From IMG/VR virus record IMGVR_UViG_2537561946_000006: a DNA stretch of 64,000 nt. The stretch is one strand, 5' to 3'. Positions within the stretch are counted from its first letter, which is position 1. Each line of letters starts with the position of its first letter. A model generated the notes under the pieces. That model made no database searches. It was given only the letters and a program-made list of their open reading frames with translations, and was not told the DNA's origin. The translations under genes and the position numbers were made by a program. Positions 38,226 to 49,810 of the stretch are shown here, piece after piece. The stretch is from a virus. Its lineage: Duplodnaviria; Heunggongvirae; Uroviricota; Caudoviricetes.

Positions 38226-40785
38226 TCTTGTTATTGACCTGAGTCTGGATGCGGTCCGTTTCGATGAGCAGATGAGCCGGGTAAGGCGTCATTTTTCCGG
38301 ACTGGAGACTGACGCCAGAAAAACCGCCGGTGTTGTTGAGCAGAACCTGAGTCGTCAGGCGCTGGCTGCACAAAAAGCCGGGATTTCCGTCGGGCAGTAT
38401 AAAGCGGCCATGCGAACCCTGCCCGCACAGTTTACGGATATCGCCACGCAGCTTGCCGGTGGTCAGAATCCCTGGCTGATCCTGCTGCAACAGGGCGGTC
38501 AGGTGAAGGACTCCTTCGGCGGGATGATCCCCATGTTCAGGGGACTTGCCGGTGCGATCACCCTGCCGATGGTCGGGGTCACCTCGCTGGCGGTGGCGAC
38601 AGGTGCGCTGGCGTACGCCTGGTACCAGGGGGATTCCACGCTTTCAGCGTTTAATAAAACCCTGGTTCTTTCCGGTAATCAGTCCGGACTGACTGCCGAT
38701 CGCATGCTGACGCTCTCCAGAGCCGGACAGGCCGCAGGGCTGACGTTTAACCAGGCGAGTGAGTCACTGGCAGCCCTGGTGAATGCCGGTGTGCGTGGTG
38801 GTGAACAGTTTGATGCCATCAACCAGAGTGTCGCGCGTTTTGCTTCTGCATCCGGTGTGGAGGTGGACAAGGTTGCAGAGACTTTCGGAAAACTGACCAC
38901 CGACCCGACGTCGGGACTGATGGCGATGGCGCGCCAGTTCCGTAACGTGACGGCAGAGCAGATTGCGTATGTTGCACAGCTGCAGCGTTCCGGAGACGAG
39001 GCCGGGGCATTGCAGGCGGCGAACGATATCGCCACGAAAGGCTTTGATGAGCAGACCCGTCGCCTGAAAGAAAACATGGGAACACTGGAGACCTGGGCGG
39101 ATAAAACAGGGAAGGCATTCAAATCGATGTGGGATGCCATTCTGGATATCGGTCGTCCTGAGTCCTCAGCGGATATGCTCGCCAGTGCACAGAAGGCATT
39201 TGATGAGGCGGATAAAAAATGGCAGTGGTACCAGAGCCGGAGCCAGCGCCGGGGAAAAACCGCCTCTTTCCGGGCCAACCTTCAGGGCGCATGGAATGAC
39301 CGGGAAAATGCCCGTCTGGGGCTGGCAGCGGCCACGCTGCAGTCGGATATGGAAAAAGCCGGTGAACTGGCCGCCAGGGACCGGGCCGAACGGGACGCAT
39401 CACAGCTGAAGTATACCGGAGAGGCGCAGAAGGCGTATGAGCGTCTGCTGACGCCGCTGGAGAAATATACCGCCCGTCAGGAAGAACTGAATAAGGCCCT
39501 GAAAGACGGGAAAATCCTGCAGGCGGATTACAACACGCTGATGGCGGCGGCGAAAAAGGATTATGAATCGACGCTGAAAAAGCCGAAGTCGTCAGGAGTC
39601 AAAGTGTCAGCCGGTGAGCGTCAGGAAGACCTGACGCATGCAGCCCTGCTGGCGCTTGAAACCGAGCTCCGGACGCTGGAAAAACACAGCGGTGCGAATG
39701 AGAAAATCAGCCAGCAGCGTCGCGATTTATGGAAAGCGGAAAATCAGTATGCGGTCCTGAAAGAGGCAGCCACGAAACGGCAGTTATCTGAGCAGGAAAA
39801 ATCCCTGCTGACCCATGAGAAAGAGACGCTGGAGTACAAACGCCAGCTGGCTGAGCTGGGAGACAAAGTTGAACACCAGAAACGGCTGAATGAGCTGGCA
39901 CAGCAGGCTGCGCGGTTTGAACAGCAGCAGAGTGCGAAGCAGGCGGCAATCAGCGCAAAAGCCCGCGGACTCACCGACCGTCAGGCGCAGCGGGAGTCGG
40001 AAGAGCAGCGCCTTCGTGACGTGTACGGTGATAATCCGGATGCGCTGGCGAAGGCCACATCTGCACTGAAGAACACCTGGTCTGCGGAGGAGCAGCTTCG
40101 TGGAAGCTGGATGGCCGGTCTGAAGTCCGGCTGGGGCGAGTGGGCAGAAAGTGCGACGGACAGTTTTTCGCAGGTTAAAAGCGTGGCCACGCAGACCTTT
40201 GACGGTATTGCACAGAATATGGCAGCGATGCTGACCGGCAGCGAACAGAGCTGGCGTGGTTTCACCCGTTCTGTGCTCTCCATGCTGACAGAGATTTTTC
40301 TGAAGCAGGCCATGGTGGGGATTGTCGGGAGTATTGGCAGCGCCATGGGTGGTGCTTTCGGTGGTGGGGCGTCTGCCTCCACGGGGACGGCCATTCAGGC
40401 TGCGGCGGCGAACTTCCATTTCGCGACCGGAGGATTTACGGGAACCGGTGGCAAATACGAACCTGCCGGTATTGTCCACCGCGGGGAGTTTGTCTTCACG
40501 AAGGAGGCAACCAGCCGGATTGGCGTCGGCAACCTGTATCGTCTGATGCGCGGGTATGCGGAAGGTGGTTATGTGGGCGGTGCCGGAAGTCCGGCGCAGA
40601 TGCGGCGGGCGGAAGGCATTAGTTTTAATCAGAACAATCACGTGGTGATTCAGAACGACGGCACCAACGGACAGGCGGGGCCGCAGCTGATGAAGGCGGT
40701 GTATGACATGGCCCGCAAGGGGGCGCAGGATGAGATTCAGGCGCAGATGCGTGATGGCGGCGTCTTTTCCGGAGGCAGGCGATGA
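38206..40785 (+). CDS. H: tail tape measure protein
   Basis: 859 aa, coiled-coil rich, lambda gpH position. Confidence 0.95.
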   Translation: MSQPVGDLVIDLSLDAVRFDEQMSRVRRHFSGLETDARKTAGVVEQNLSRQALAAQKAGISVGQYKAAMRTLPAQFTDIATQLAGGQNPWLILLQQGGQVKDSFGGMIPMFRGLAGAITLPMVGVTSLAVATGALAYAWYQGDSTLSAFNKTLVLSGNQSGLTADRMLTLSRAGQAAGLTFNQASESLAALVNAGVRGGEQFDAINQSVARFASASGVEVDKVAETFGKLTTDPTSGLMAMARQFRNVTAEQIAYVAQLQRSGDEAGALQAANDIATKGFDEQTRRLKENMGTLETWADKTGKAFKSMWDAILDIGRPESSADMLASAQKAFDEADKKWQWYQSRSQRRGKTASFRANLQGAWNDRENARLGLAAATLQSDMEKAGELAARDRAERDASQLKYTGEAQKAYERLLTPLEKYTARQEELNKALKDGKILQADYNTLMAAAKKDYESTLKKPKSSGVKVSAGERQEDLTHAALLALETELRTLEKHSGANEKISQQRRDLWKAENQYAVLKEAATKRQLSEQEKSLLTHEKETLEYKRQLAELGDKVEHQKRLNELAQQAARFEQQQSAKQAAISAKARGLTDRQAQRESEEQRLRDVYGDNPDALAKATSALKNTWSAEEQLRGSWMAGLKSGWGEWAESATDSFSQVKSVATQTFDGIAQNMAAMLTGSEQSWRGFTRSVLSMLTEIFLKQAMVGIVGSIGSAMGGAFGGGASASTGTAIQAAAANFHFATGGFTGTGGKYEPAGIVHRGEFVFTKEATSRIGVGNLYRLMRGYAEGGYVGGAGSPAQMRRAEGISFNQNNHVVIQNDGTNGQAGPQLMKAVYDMARKGAQDEIQAQMRDGGVFSGGRR

Positions 40786-41111
40786 AAACATTTCGCTGGA
40801 AAGTGAAGCCGGATATGGAGGTGAACTCGCAGCCATCGGTGCGTGAAGTGCGTTTTGGTGACGGGTATTCGCAGCGTATGGCGGCGGGGCTGAATGCTGA
40901 CCTGAAAACATACCGTGTGACGCTTTCCGTGACCCGGGAGGAGGCCCGACATCTGGAGGCATTCCTGGCAGAGCACGGTGGCTGGAAGGCGTTTCTGTGG
41001 ACACCGCCTTATGCCTGGCGGCAGATAAAGGTGACCTGTGCCGCCTGGTCATCACGGGTTCGCATGCTGCGGGTTGAATTCAGCGCGGAGTTTAAGCAGG
41101 TGGTGAACTGA
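40782..41111 (+). CDS. M: minor tail protein M
   Basis: 109 aa lambda gpM homologue. Confidence 0.9.
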   Translation: MKTFRWKVKPDMEVNSQPSVREVRFGDGYSQRMAAGLNADLKTYRVTLSVTREEARHLEAFLAEHGGWKAFLWTPPYAWRQIKVTCAAWSSRVRMLRVEFSAEFKQVVN

Positions 41112-41809
41112 TGCAGGATATTCACGAAGAAAGTCTGAACGAGTCGGTTAAATCAGAGCAGTCACCGCGGGTGGTACTCTGGGAAATCGACCTGACGGTA
41201 CAGGGTGGTGAGCGGTATTTTTTCTGTAATGAGCTGAATGAAAAAGGGGAGCCGGTCACCTGGCAGGGGCGGAAGTACCAGGCATACCCGATTGACGGCA
41301 GCGGCTTTGAGATGAACGGGAAGGGCAGCAGTGCCAGACCGTCGATGACGGTGTCCAATCTGTTCGGTCTGGTCACCGGGATGGCGGAAGACCTGCAGAG
41401 TCTGGTGGGGGCCACGGTGGTCCGCCGCCGGGTGTATGCGCGTTTTCTGGATGCGGTGAATTTTGTGGCGGGCAATCCGGAAGCGGACCCGGAGCAGGAG
41501 CTGAGCGACCGCTGGGTGGTGGAGCAGTTATCAGAGCTGACGGCCATGACGGCCTCGTTTGTGCTGGCCACACCGACCGAGACGGACGGGGCGCTGTTTC
41601 CCGGTCGCATCATGCTGGCGAACACCTGTATGTGGACCTACCGCTCTGATGAGTGTGGTTACACGGGCGGGGCGGTGGCGGATGAGTTCGATAAACCCAC
41701 CACGGATATCCGGAGGGACAGATGCAGCAAGTGCATGCGCGGGTGTGAGATGCGCGGCATGGTGGCTAATTTTGGCGGTTTCCTTTCCATTAATAAACTT
41801 TCGCAGTAA
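41111..41809 (+). CDS. L: minor tail protein L
   Basis: 232 aa lambda gpL homologue. Confidence 0.9.
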   Translation: MQDIHEESLNESVKSEQSPRVVLWEIDLTVQGGERYFFCNELNEKGEPVTWQGRKYQAYPIDGSGFEMNGKGSSARPSMTVSNLFGLVTGMAEDLQSLVGATVVRRRVYARFLDAVNFVAGNPEADPEQELSDRWVVEQLSELTAMTASFVLATPTETDGALFPGRIMLANTCMWTYRSDECGYTGGAVADEFDKPTTDIRRDRCSKCMRGCEMRGMVANFGGFLSINKLSQ

Positions 41810-41819
41810 ATCCCGGTTT

Positions 41820-42563
41820 ATGACACAGACTGAATCAGCGATTCTGGCGCATGCCCGGCGGTGTGCGCCTGCGGAGTCGTGCGGCTTCGTGGTGAGAACG
41901 CCGGAGGGGGAGCGGTATATCCCTTGTGTGAATATCTCTGCAGAGCCGGAGGCGTATTTTCGTATTGCACCGGAAGACTGGCTGTGGGCAGAGATGCAGG
42001 GGGAGATTGTGGCACTGGTCCACAGTCATCCCGGTGGTCTGCCCTGGCTGAGCGAGGCCGACCGGCGGCTGCAGATAAAAAGTGCACTGTCCTGGTGGCT
42101 GGTCTGCCGGGGGGAAATTCATAAATTCCGCTGTGTACCACATCTGACAGGACGGCGCTTTGAGCACGGGGTGACGGACTGTTACACGCTGTTCCGGGAT
42201 GCCTGCCATCTGGCGGGAATTGATATGCCGGATTTTGAGCGTGAGGATGACTGGTGGCGCAACGGTCAGAACCTTTACCTGGACAATATGGCGGTCACCG
42301 GCTTTTACCGGGTGCCCCTGTCCTCTGCACAGGCGGGCGATATCCTGCTGTGCTGCTTTGGCGCATCGGTGGCCAATCATGCCGCCATTTACTGCGGCAA
42401 CGGTGAACTGCTTCACCATCTGCCTGAACAACTGAGTAAACGGGAGAGGTATTCTGAAAAATGGCAACGACGAACGCATTCTGTCTGGCGTCACCGCCAC
42501 TGGTCCGCATCTGCCTTCACGGGGATTTACAACGATTTGGCCGCCGCCTCAGCCTGTATGTGA
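41820..42563 (+). CDS. K: tail assembly protein K (JAB/MPN plus NlpC/P60)
   Basis: ATG at 41820; HSHP and C..H motifs; listed ORF has spurious upstream extension. Confidence 0.85.
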   Translation: MTQTESAILAHARRCAPAESCGFVVRTPEGERYIPCVNISAEPEAYFRIAPEDWLWAEMQGEIVALVHSHPGGLPWLSEADRRLQIKSALSWWLVCRGEIHKFRCVPHLTGRRFEHGVTDCYTLFRDACHLAGIDMPDFEREDDWWRNGQNLYLDNMAVTGFYRVPLSSAQAGDILLCCFGASVANHAAIYCGNGELLHHLPEQLSKRERYSEKWQRRTHSVWRHRHWSASAFTGIYNDLAAASACM

Positions 42564-43141
42564 ACACGGCAGCGGAAGCCATCCGTGCCCTGTCGATGCA
42601 GATGCCGGGATTCCGCCGTCAGATGAACGAAGGCTGGTACCAGATACGTATTCGCGGTGAGGACACGGCACCGGAGGCGGTGTACGCCCGTCTTCACGAA
42701 CAGCTGGGTGAGGGAACGGTCATCCACATTGTGCCGCGACTGGCCGGGGCCGGAAAGGGTGGACTGCAGATTGTGCTGGGGGCGGCAGCCATCGTGGGCT
42801 CTTTCTTCACTGCCGGGGCATCAATGGCGTTATGGGGTTCAGCCCTGGCAGCCGGTGGTTTTTCTGCCACCACGATGCTGTTTTCACTGGGGGCCAGCAT
42901 GATTCTGGGCGGTGTGGCCCAGATGCTGGCCCCGAAGGCAAAAACACCGGATTACCGCGCAACGGATAACGGCAGACAGAACACGTACTTTTCCTCGCTG
43001 GATAACATGATTGCCCAGGGGAACCCGATGCCGGTGCCTTACGGTGAAATGCTGGTTGGCTCCCGCCGTATATCCCAGGACATCAGTACCCGTGATGAAG
43101 GCGGTGACGGGAAGGTGGTGGTTATCGGGCGGCAGGCATAA
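42461..43141 (+). CDS. I: tail assembly protein I
   Basis: 226 aa lambda gpI homologue. Confidence 0.85.
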   Translation: MATTNAFCLASPPLVRICLHGDLQRFGRRLSLYVNTAAEAIRALSMQMPGFRRQMNEGWYQIRIRGEDTAPEAVYARLHEQLGEGTVIHIVPRLAGAGKGGLQIVLGAAAIVGSFFTAGASMALWGSALAAGGFSATTMLFSLGASMILGGVAQMLAPKAKTPDYRATDNGRQNTYFSSLDNMIAQGNPMPVPYGEMLVGSRRISQDISTRDEGGDGKVVVIGRQA

Positions 43142-43331
43142 AAGCGAAAAAATCCCGCAGTGCTCACGGACAGGAACTGCGGGAGAGTTACGAAGATTGA
43201 GTGTAAGGAATTATTCTTATGTCACGACAAAAACATTAACTCAGAGAGGGAGGATGCGCCGTTCTTTTCAGGGAGAAAGGATTTATCGTCCTGAGGAATA
43301 AAGGTAAGGGGCCCGCCCCTTACCTGACTGA

Positions 43332-43859
43332 TTATTGAATGATGCCGCAGGCCATTCTCGCACCACCACCGCCCAGGGGCTCCGGATGGTCATGATGGTT
43401 ATCACCGCCAGCATGAAGCATGAGAGAACGCCCTTTAATCTCTTTTAATGAGTTCAGTCTCGGGGCCAGGACCGGGTAGTTCGCTTTTCCGTCATGCGTC
43501 ACGAACAGCGCAGGGAGGTCGCCCAGGTGTCCATCCGGAGACCAGGGGCCAAGATGTTTGCCGGTGTTTTTCGGGTCAAAGTGACCGCCAGCCGATAATG
43601 CTGCGACCGGTTTTCCGTCTTTCAGTGCCGGGGCGCAATTTCCTTTTTCGTGCACATGAAAACCATGAATGCCTTCAGACAGAGAGTGAAGGGCTGGTGT
43701 GAACAGCAGACCGTAGGGGGTCTCCTGAATGGTTATTTTTCCAATGCTGACTTCTTTTCCGTCAGCACTGACAAGGTTCATTGGGACTTCCTGTTCTGCT
43801 GCGTATCCGCATGATGCTGCTGTCAGCATGGCAATGGCAGCAATGATTTTACATTTCAT
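43332..43859 (-). CDS. sodC: periplasmic Cu,Zn superoxide dismutase (prophage moron)
   Basis: 175 aa from ATG at 43857-43859; signal peptide [36 protein letters not shown] and [10 protein letters not shown] blocks. Confidence 0.9.
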   Translation of the reverse strand: MKCKIIAAIAMLTAASCGYAAEQEVPMNLVSADGKEVSIGKITIQETPYGLLFTPALHSLSEGIHGFHVHEKGNCAPALKDGKPVAALSAGGHFDPKNTGKHLGPWSPDGHLGDLPALFVTHDGKANYPVLAPRLNSLKEIKGRSLMLHAGGDNHHDHPEPLGGGGARMACGIIQ

Positions 43860-43992
43860 AAAACCCTCATTAATTCCGTTAACAGACTGAGCTTGCTGGT
43901 TACAGGGTAACAAACAGCGTTCTGATGATATCGCGCAATAGCTGTGCAATATCCTATCACTGCGATTAATAATACCAATTGAGAGGAACATT

Positions 43993-46900
43993 ATGGGTAA
44001 AGGTGGCGGCAGGGCGCACACGCCGGTTGAGGTAAAGGACAATCTTAAGTCCACGCAGATGATGAGCGTGATTGATGCCATTGGTGAAGGGCCGATTGAA
44101 GGTCCGGTGAAGGGGCTGCAGAGTATCCTGGTGAACAAAACCCCGCTGACGGACACGGACGGCAATCCTGTGATACATGGTGTGACAGCGGTCTGGCGCG
44201 CCGGGGAGCAGGAGCAGACACCACCTGAAGGCTTTGAGTCCTCCGGGGCGGAAACCGCACTGGGCGTGGAAGTGACGAAGGTAAAGCCGGTGACGCGCAC
44301 CATTACGTCCGCGAACATTGACCGCCTGCGGGTCACCTTCGGGGTGCAGTCACTGTTGGAGACCACCTCAAAGGGCGACCGTAATCCCTCTTCTGTCCGA
44401 CTGCTGATTCAGTTGCAGCGTAACGGTAACTGGGTGACGGAAAAGGATGTCACCATTAACGGCAAGACCACCTCACAGTACCTGGCGTCGGTGATTCTGG
44501 AGAATCTGCCTGAGCGGCCCTTTAACATCCGGATGGTCCGGGAGACAGCGGACAACACCTCGGACCAGCTGCAGAATAAGACGCTCTGGTCGTCATACAC
44601 CGAAATCATCGATGTGAAACAGTGCTACCCGAACACGGCGATTGTGGGGTTGCAGGTGGATGCGGAGCAGTTTGGCGGTCAGCAGATGACGGTGAACTAC
44701 CATATCCGCGGTCGCATCATCCAGGTACCGTCAAACTATGACCCGGAAAAACGCACGTACAGCGGCATCTGGGACGGCAGCCTGAAACCGGCATACAGCA
44801 ACAACCCGGCCTGGTGCCTGTGGGACATGCTGACTCACCCGCGCTACGGCATGGGAAAACGTCTGGGGGCGGCAGACGTGGACAAATGGGCGCTGTATGC
44901 CATTGCGCAGTACTGCGACCAGACGGTCCCGGATGGTTTCGGGGGCACAGAGCCGCGGATGACCTTTAATGCGTACCTGTCACAACAGCGTAAGGCGTGG
45001 GACGTTCTCAGTGATTTCTGCTCGGCGATGCGCTGTATGCCGGTATGGAACGGCCAGACGCTGACGTTCGTTCAGGACCGCCCGTCGGATGTGGTGTGGC
45101 CGTACACCAACTGCGATGTGGTGGTGGATGATAACGGCGTGGGGTTTCGCTACAGCTTCAGCGCCCTGAAGGACCGCCACACGGCGGTGGAGGTGAATTA
45201 CACCGACCCGCAGAACGGCTGGCAGACCTCCACGGAACTGGTGGAAGACCCGGAAGCCATACTGCGCTACGGGCGCAACCTGCTGAAGATGGATGCGTTC
45301 GGCTGCACCAGTCGCGGTCAGGCCCACCGTGCCGGGCTGTGGGTGATAAAGACCGGACTGCTGGAAACGCAGACGGTGGATTTCACGCTCGGGTCACAGG
45401 GGCTGCGTCACACACCCGGTGACATTATTGAAATCTGTGATAACGACTATGCCGGGACCATGACCGGCGGACGTATCCTGTCCATCGATGCCGCCCGCCG
45501 CACCCTGACACTGGACCGTGAGGTGACCCTGCCGGAGACAGGTGCCGCCACGGTGAACCTGATTAACGGCAGCGGTAGGCCGGTGAGCGTGGCCATCACT
45601 GCACACCCCGCGCCGGACCGGATACAGGTCAGCACCCTGCCTGATGGTGTGGAGACATACGGTGTATGGGGGCTCTCCCTGCCGTCACTGCGTCGTCGCC
45701 TGTTCCGCTGTGTCTCCATCCGGGAAAACACGGACGGCACCTTTGCCATCACGGCGGTGCAGCACGTACCGGAAAAAGAAGCCATCGTGGATAACGGGGC
45801 CAGCTTTGAGCCGCAGTCAGGCACCCTGAACAGCGTTATTCCACCGGCAGTGCAGCACCTGACGGTGGAGGTGAGCGCGGCTGACGGTCAGTATCTGGCA
45901 CAGGCGAAATGGGACACGCCGCGGGTGGTGAAGGGTGTGCGCTTCAGTCTGCGCCTGACCAGTGGAAGCGGTGAAAACAGCCGCCTGGTGACCACCGCCA
46001 TCACCGCAGACACGGCGCACCGTTTCAGTGGCCTGCCGCTCGGGGAATACACCCTGACAGTCAGGGCAATTAACAGTTATGGCCAGCAGGGCGAACCGGC
46101 CACCACCACCTTCCGGATTAACGCGCCAGCAAAACCCGCCACCATTGAACTGACGCCGGGGTATTTTCAGATAACGGCGGTACCGGTGCTGGCGGTGTAT
46201 GACCCGACGGTACAGTTTGAATTCTGGTTCTCCGAAAAACGCATCACGAACACGGCACAGGTGGAAAAATCTGCCCGTTATCTGGGGACCGGCAGTCAGT
46301 GGACTGTCCAGGGGAGCCGGATTAAGCCGGGGACGGATTTCTGGTTTTATGTGCGCAGCGTCAATCTGGTGGGCAAGTCTGCGTTTGTGGAAGCCAGCGG
46401 GCAGGCCAGTAATGATGGTGAAGGGTATCTGGAAATTTTCCGGGAAAAAATAGGAAAACTGCATCTGGCTCAGAGGTTGTGGGAACTGATAGATAACAGC
46501 CAGCTTGCAGATGAGATGGCGGAGATGAAGACCAGCATCACGGAAACCCGCAATGAAATCACACAGACGGTCAACAAAACACTGGAGAACCAGAGCGCCA
46601 CCATACAGCAGATACAGCGCGTGCAGAAGGACACAAATGATGACCTGGCTGCACTCTACATGCTGAAAGTACAAAAAACCAAAAACGGCATTCCTTATGT
46701 GGCCGGGATTGGTGCAGGGATTGAGGATACTGATGGCCAGCCACTGAGCAACATACTGCTGCTGGCTGACCGTATCGCGATGATAAATCCGGAGAGCGGC
46801 AACAGCACTCCGTTATTTGTGGCGCAGGGGAATCAGCTGTTCATGAACGACGTGTTCCTGAAACGACTGTTTGCGGTGAGCATCACCTCGTCCGGCAATC

Positions 46901-47469
46901 CCCCAGCATTTTCCCTGACGCCGGAAGGAAAGCTGACGGCAAGGAACGCGGATATCAGCGGAGCAATTACCGCGAATACCGGCACGCTCAATAATGTCAC
47001 CATTAACGAGAACTGTGTCATCAGAGGGAAACTGTCTGCAAACCAGATTGAAGGCGACCTGGTGAAGACGGTGGGGAAAGCCTTTCCCCGGAATAACAGT
47101 TATGCCAGCGGTACGGTAACCGTCACAGTTTACGATGACCAGGGCTTCGACCGGCAGATTATCATTCCCCCGGTGCTGTTTCGCGGGACGAAACACCAGA
47201 ATTTCAACAGCCCGAATCAGCAGTCGTACTGGTATTCCACCTGTAAGCTGCAGGTGCTGAAGAACGGGGTTGAGATTTTCCATGAACCGGCAACGGATGT
47301 CAGCCGGGTGTTCTCATCGGTGATAGATATGCCGGCAGGGCGGGGTCATGTCACCCTGACGTTTAATGTGTCGTCGGCCGGTGCGAACAACTGGACGCCG
47401 ACAACGTACATCAGTGATTTACTGGTTGTGGTCATGAAAAAATCCACGGCAGGGATCAGTATCAGCTGA
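43993..47469 (+). CDS. J: tail tip / host specificity protein J
   Basis: 1158 aa, [38 protein letters not shown]... collinear with lambda gpJ. Confidence 0.95.
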   Translation: MGKGGGRAHTPVEVKDNLKSTQMMSVIDAIGEGPIEGPVKGLQSILVNKTPLTDTDGNPVIHGVTAVWRAGEQEQTPPEGFESSGAETALGVEVTKVKPVTRTITSANIDRLRVTFGVQSLLETTSKGDRNPSSVRLLIQLQRNGNWVTEKDVTINGKTTSQYLASVILENLPERPFNIRMVRETADNTSDQLQNKTLWSSYTEIIDVKQCYPNTAIVGLQVDAEQFGGQQMTVNYHIRGRIIQVPSNYDPEKRTYSGIWDGSLKPAYSNNPAWCLWDMLTHPRYGMGKRLGAADVDKWALYAIAQYCDQTVPDGFGGTEPRMTFNAYLSQQRKAWDVLSDFCSAMRCMPVWNGQTLTFVQDRPSDVVWPYTNCDVVVDDNGVGFRYSFSALKDRHTAVEVNYTDPQNGWQTSTELVEDPEAILRYGRNLLKMDAFGCTSRGQAHRAGLWVIKTGLLETQTVDFTLGSQGLRHTPGDIIEICDNDYAGTMTGGRILSIDAARRTLTLDREVTLPETGAATVNLINGSGRPVSVAITAHPAPDRIQVSTLPDGVETYGVWGLSLPSLRRRLFRCVSIRENTDGTFAITAVQHVPEKEAIVDNGASFEPQSGTLNSVIPPAVQHLTVEVSAADGQYLAQAKWDTPRVVKGVRFSLRLTSGSGENSRLVTTAITADTAHRFSGLPLGEYTLTVRAINSYGQQGEPATTTFRINAPAKPATIELTPGYFQITAVPVLAVYDPTVQFEFWFSEKRITNTAQVEKSARYLGTGSQWTVQGSRIKPGTDFWFYVRSVNLVGKSAFVEASGQASNDGEGYLEIFREKIGKLHLAQRLWELIDNSQLADEMAEMKTSITETRNEITQTVNKTLENQSATIQQIQRVQKDTNDDLAALYMLKVQKTKNGIPYVAGIGAGIEDTDGQPLSNILLLADRIAMINPESGNSTPLFVAQGNQLFMNDVFLKRLFAVSITSSGNPPAFSLTPEGKLTARNADISGAITANTGTLNNVTINENCVIRGKLSANQIEGDLVKTVGKAFPRNNSYASGTVTVTVYDDQGFDRQIIIPPVLFRGTKHQNFNSPNQQSYWYSTCKLQVLKNGVEIFHEPATDVSRVFSSVIDMPAGRGHVTLTFNVSSAGANNWTPTTYISDLLVVVMKKSTAGISIS

Positions 47470-47537
47470 CGGTTTATTAACCCGGACGGGCACCTCAGGA
47501 GGTGCCTTTTTTATTGACTGAAAACAAAGAGGTAATC

Positions 47538-48161
47538 ATGCGGCATTTATACGCAACGATATTATTGTTTACTACCCTGCTGGCAGGAATTGCCTTTCCT
47601 GCACAGGCTGAAAGCGGACACGGTGCATTTTCTGTGGGGTACACACAGGTGCACCCGGACGGTACGCCAGGGCTTTCCGGTACCGGCATCAGGGCCGGCG
47701 ATCTGAAAGGGATTAATGTGAAATACCGTTATGAGTTCACGGATCACCTGGGCGGCATTGTCGCGCTGAGTTATGCATCGGTGAAGAAAAGTGACACGAT
47801 GAAGACGGGTGAAAATACCTTCCATTATGAAAGCCTGCGCGGTCGTTATGTCAGTCTGATGGCCGGCCCTGTCTGGCAGCTCAGTGAGCGGGTCAGTCTC
47901 TATGGCATGGCCGGGATGGCGTACACCCGCTGGTCTGACAGTGTTCAGGATTACCGGCGTGATGAAGTGAAACCGGGGTATGTGAAGGAGACCACCACCG
48001 CCAGTGATGGTCATACTGCGCGTCATCTGTCGCCGGCCTGGAATGCCGGGATTCAGTTCAGTCCCGTAGAGACGGTGGTTATTGACCTTGCTTATGAAGG
48101 TTCCGGCAGTGGCGACTGGCGCACTGACGGTTTCATCGTGGGTGTCGGCTATAAATTCTGA
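47538..48161 (+). CDS. lom: Lom outer-membrane protein (Ail/Lom family)
   Basis: ATG at 47538; ...YEGSGSGDWRTDGFIVGVGYKF C-terminus identical to lambda Lom. Confidence 0.9.
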   Translation: MRHLYATILLFTTLLAGIAFPAQAESGHGAFSVGYTQVHPDGTPGLSGTGIRAGDLKGINVKYRYEFTDHLGGIVALSYASVKKSDTMKTGENTFHYESLRGRYVSLMAGPVWQLSERVSLYGMAGMAYTRWSDSVQDYRRDEVKPGYVKETTTASDGHTARHLSPAWNAGIQFSPVETVVIDLAYEGSGSGDWRTDGFIVGVGYKF

Positions 48162-48225
48162 TTAGCCAGGTAACACAGTGTTATGACAGCCCGCCGGTTC
48201 AGGCGGGCTTTTTTGTGGGGTGAAT

Positions 48226-49539
48226 ATGGCAGTAAAGATTTCAGGTGTGCTGAAAGACGGCACAGGAAAACCAATACAGAACTGCACCATTCAACTGAAA
48301 GCCAGACGTAACAGCACCACGGTGGTGGTGAACACGGTGGCCTCTGAAAATCCGGATGAGGCAGGGCGTTACAGCATGGACGTCGAGTATGGTCAGTACA
48401 GCGTCACTCTGTTGGTGGAGGGATTCCCTCCATCACATGCCGGGACCATCACCGTGTATGAAGATTCTCAACCGGGGACGCTGAATGATTTTCTCGGTGC
48501 CATGTCGGAGGATGACGTCCGGCCGGAGGCAATGCGTCGTTTTGAACTGATGGTGGAAGAAGCGGCGCGTCACGCAGAGGAGGCGAAGAAGAATGCCGGA
48601 GAGGCGGAGACATCAGCGAGGAATGCCGGCATATCAGCCAGTCAGGCAGAAGAGAGCGCTGCAAATGCTGACACTTCAGCAGGGGATGCATCGGAGTCAG
48701 CCCGGCAGGCGGCAGAAAGTGCAGCCGCTGCAAAGCAGTCAGAGGAGGCGTCCTCGTCCTCGGCCTCTGCGGCCGCTCAAAAAGCCAGTGAGTCATCACA
48801 AAGTGCAGCAGATGCTGAATTGTCAAGAAAGACGGCAGAAAGTGCAGCCGGTAATGCAGCCAGGGATGCAACGACCGCAACAGAAAAAGCCCGGGAGTCA
48901 GCAGAAAGCGCACAGTCAGCGGAACAAAGCAGGATAGCGGCGGAAGAGGCCGTAAACCGAATCCCCACCGTGGTGGGACCTCCCGGGCCAAAGGGGGAAC
49001 AGGGGCCCGCGGGTCCTCAGGGGCCGAAGGGTGATAAGGGAGAGCGCGGTGACACCGGCCCTGTCGGGGCAACCGGCGAACGGGGACCGGCAGGTGATGC
49101 TGGTCCGGCAGGCCCGCAGGGGCCGAAAGGTGACAGGGGAGAGCGGGGAGAGACCGGTCTGACGGGAAATGCAGGTCCACAGGGTCCAAAGGGAGATACC
49201 GGTGCGGCAGGCCCGGCAGGCCCACAGGGACCGAAAGGAGAAACAGGTGCGGCTGGCCCGGTGGGGGCAACCGGACCTCAGGGACCGAAGGGCGACCCGG
49301 GGGAGACACAAATCCGTTTTCGTCTGGGGCCGGCGAGCATTATTGAGACAAACAGCAATGGCTGGTTCCCGGGTACAGATGGTGCGCTCATCACCGGACT
49401 GACCTTTCTTGACCCCAAAGATGCCACACAGGTTCAGGGGCTGTTTCAGCATTTGCAGGTCAGGTTTGGTGACGGGCCGTGGCAGGATGTTAAGGGGCTG
49501 GATGAAGTGGGCAGTGATACAGGCAGAACAGGAGAATGA
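48226..49539 (+). CDS. stf: side tail fibre protein, truncated form with collagen-like Gly-X-Y repeats
   Basis: MAVKISGVLKDGTGKP... lambda Stf N-terminus; GPPGPKGEQGPAGPQGPKGDKGERGDTGP... repeats; lacks the usual C-terminal receptor-binding domain. Confidence 0.8.
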   Translation: MAVKISGVLKDGTGKPIQNCTIQLKARRNSTTVVVNTVASENPDEAGRYSMDVEYGQYSVTLLVEGFPPSHAGTITVYEDSQPGTLNDFLGAMSEDDVRPEAMRRFELMVEEAARHAEEAKKNAGEAETSARNAGISASQAEESAANADTSAGDASESARQAAESAAAAKQSEEASSSSASAAAQKASESSQSAADAELSRKTAESAAGNAARDATTATEKARESAESAQSAEQSRIAAEEAVNRIPTVVGPPGPKGEQGPAGPQGPKGDKGERGDTGPVGATGERGPAGDAGPAGPQGPKGDRGERGETGLTGNAGPQGPKGDTGAAGPAGPQGPKGETGAAGPVGATGPQGPKGDPGETQIRFRLGPASIIETNSNGWFPGTDGALITGLTFLDPKDATQVQGLFQHLQVRFGDGPWQDVKGLDEVGSDTGRTGE

Positions 49540-49540
49540 C

Positions 49541-49810
49541 ATGAACGTACTAAAAAAACTTATGCAGCGTCTGTGCGGGTACGGAAAGCATGATGACCGT
49601 GAACACGGGGAGTTACTTACAGCACAACTGCGTCTGGGGCCGGCAGACATCCTGGAGTCAGATGAGAATGGTATTATTCCGGAGCAGGCCAGGGTAATCA
49701 CGCAGGTGGTGATACTGGATGCGGATAAAAAGCAGATACAGTGTGTGGTAAGACCGCTGCAAATCCTGCGTGCTGACGGGACGTGGGAAAATATTGGCGG
49801 GATGAAGTAA
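49541..49810 (+). CDS. small protein resembling the stf C-terminal module
   Basis: 89 aa; LTAQLRLGPADILESDENGIIPE echoes QIRFRLGPASIIETNSNGWFPG at the stf C-terminus. Confidence 0.4.
   Translation: MNVLKKLMQRLCGYGKHDDREHGELLTAQLRLGPADILESDENGIIPEQARVITQVVILDADKKQIQCVVRPLQILRADGTWENIGGMK

Noticed and set aside
39784-41055. 423-aa minus-strand ORF
   Set aside because: Antisense to the tape measure gene.
43332-44366. 344-aa minus-strand ORF
   Set aside because: Only the last 175 codons (from ATG at 43857-43859) form sodC; the extension is antisense to the start of J.
48449-49309. 286-aa Pro/Leu-rich minus-strand ORF
   Set aside because: Antisense to the collagen-like repeat region of stf.
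48960-49310. Tandem DNA repeat array
   Set aside because: Periodicity reflects Gly-X-Y collagen-like codons of the tail fibre.
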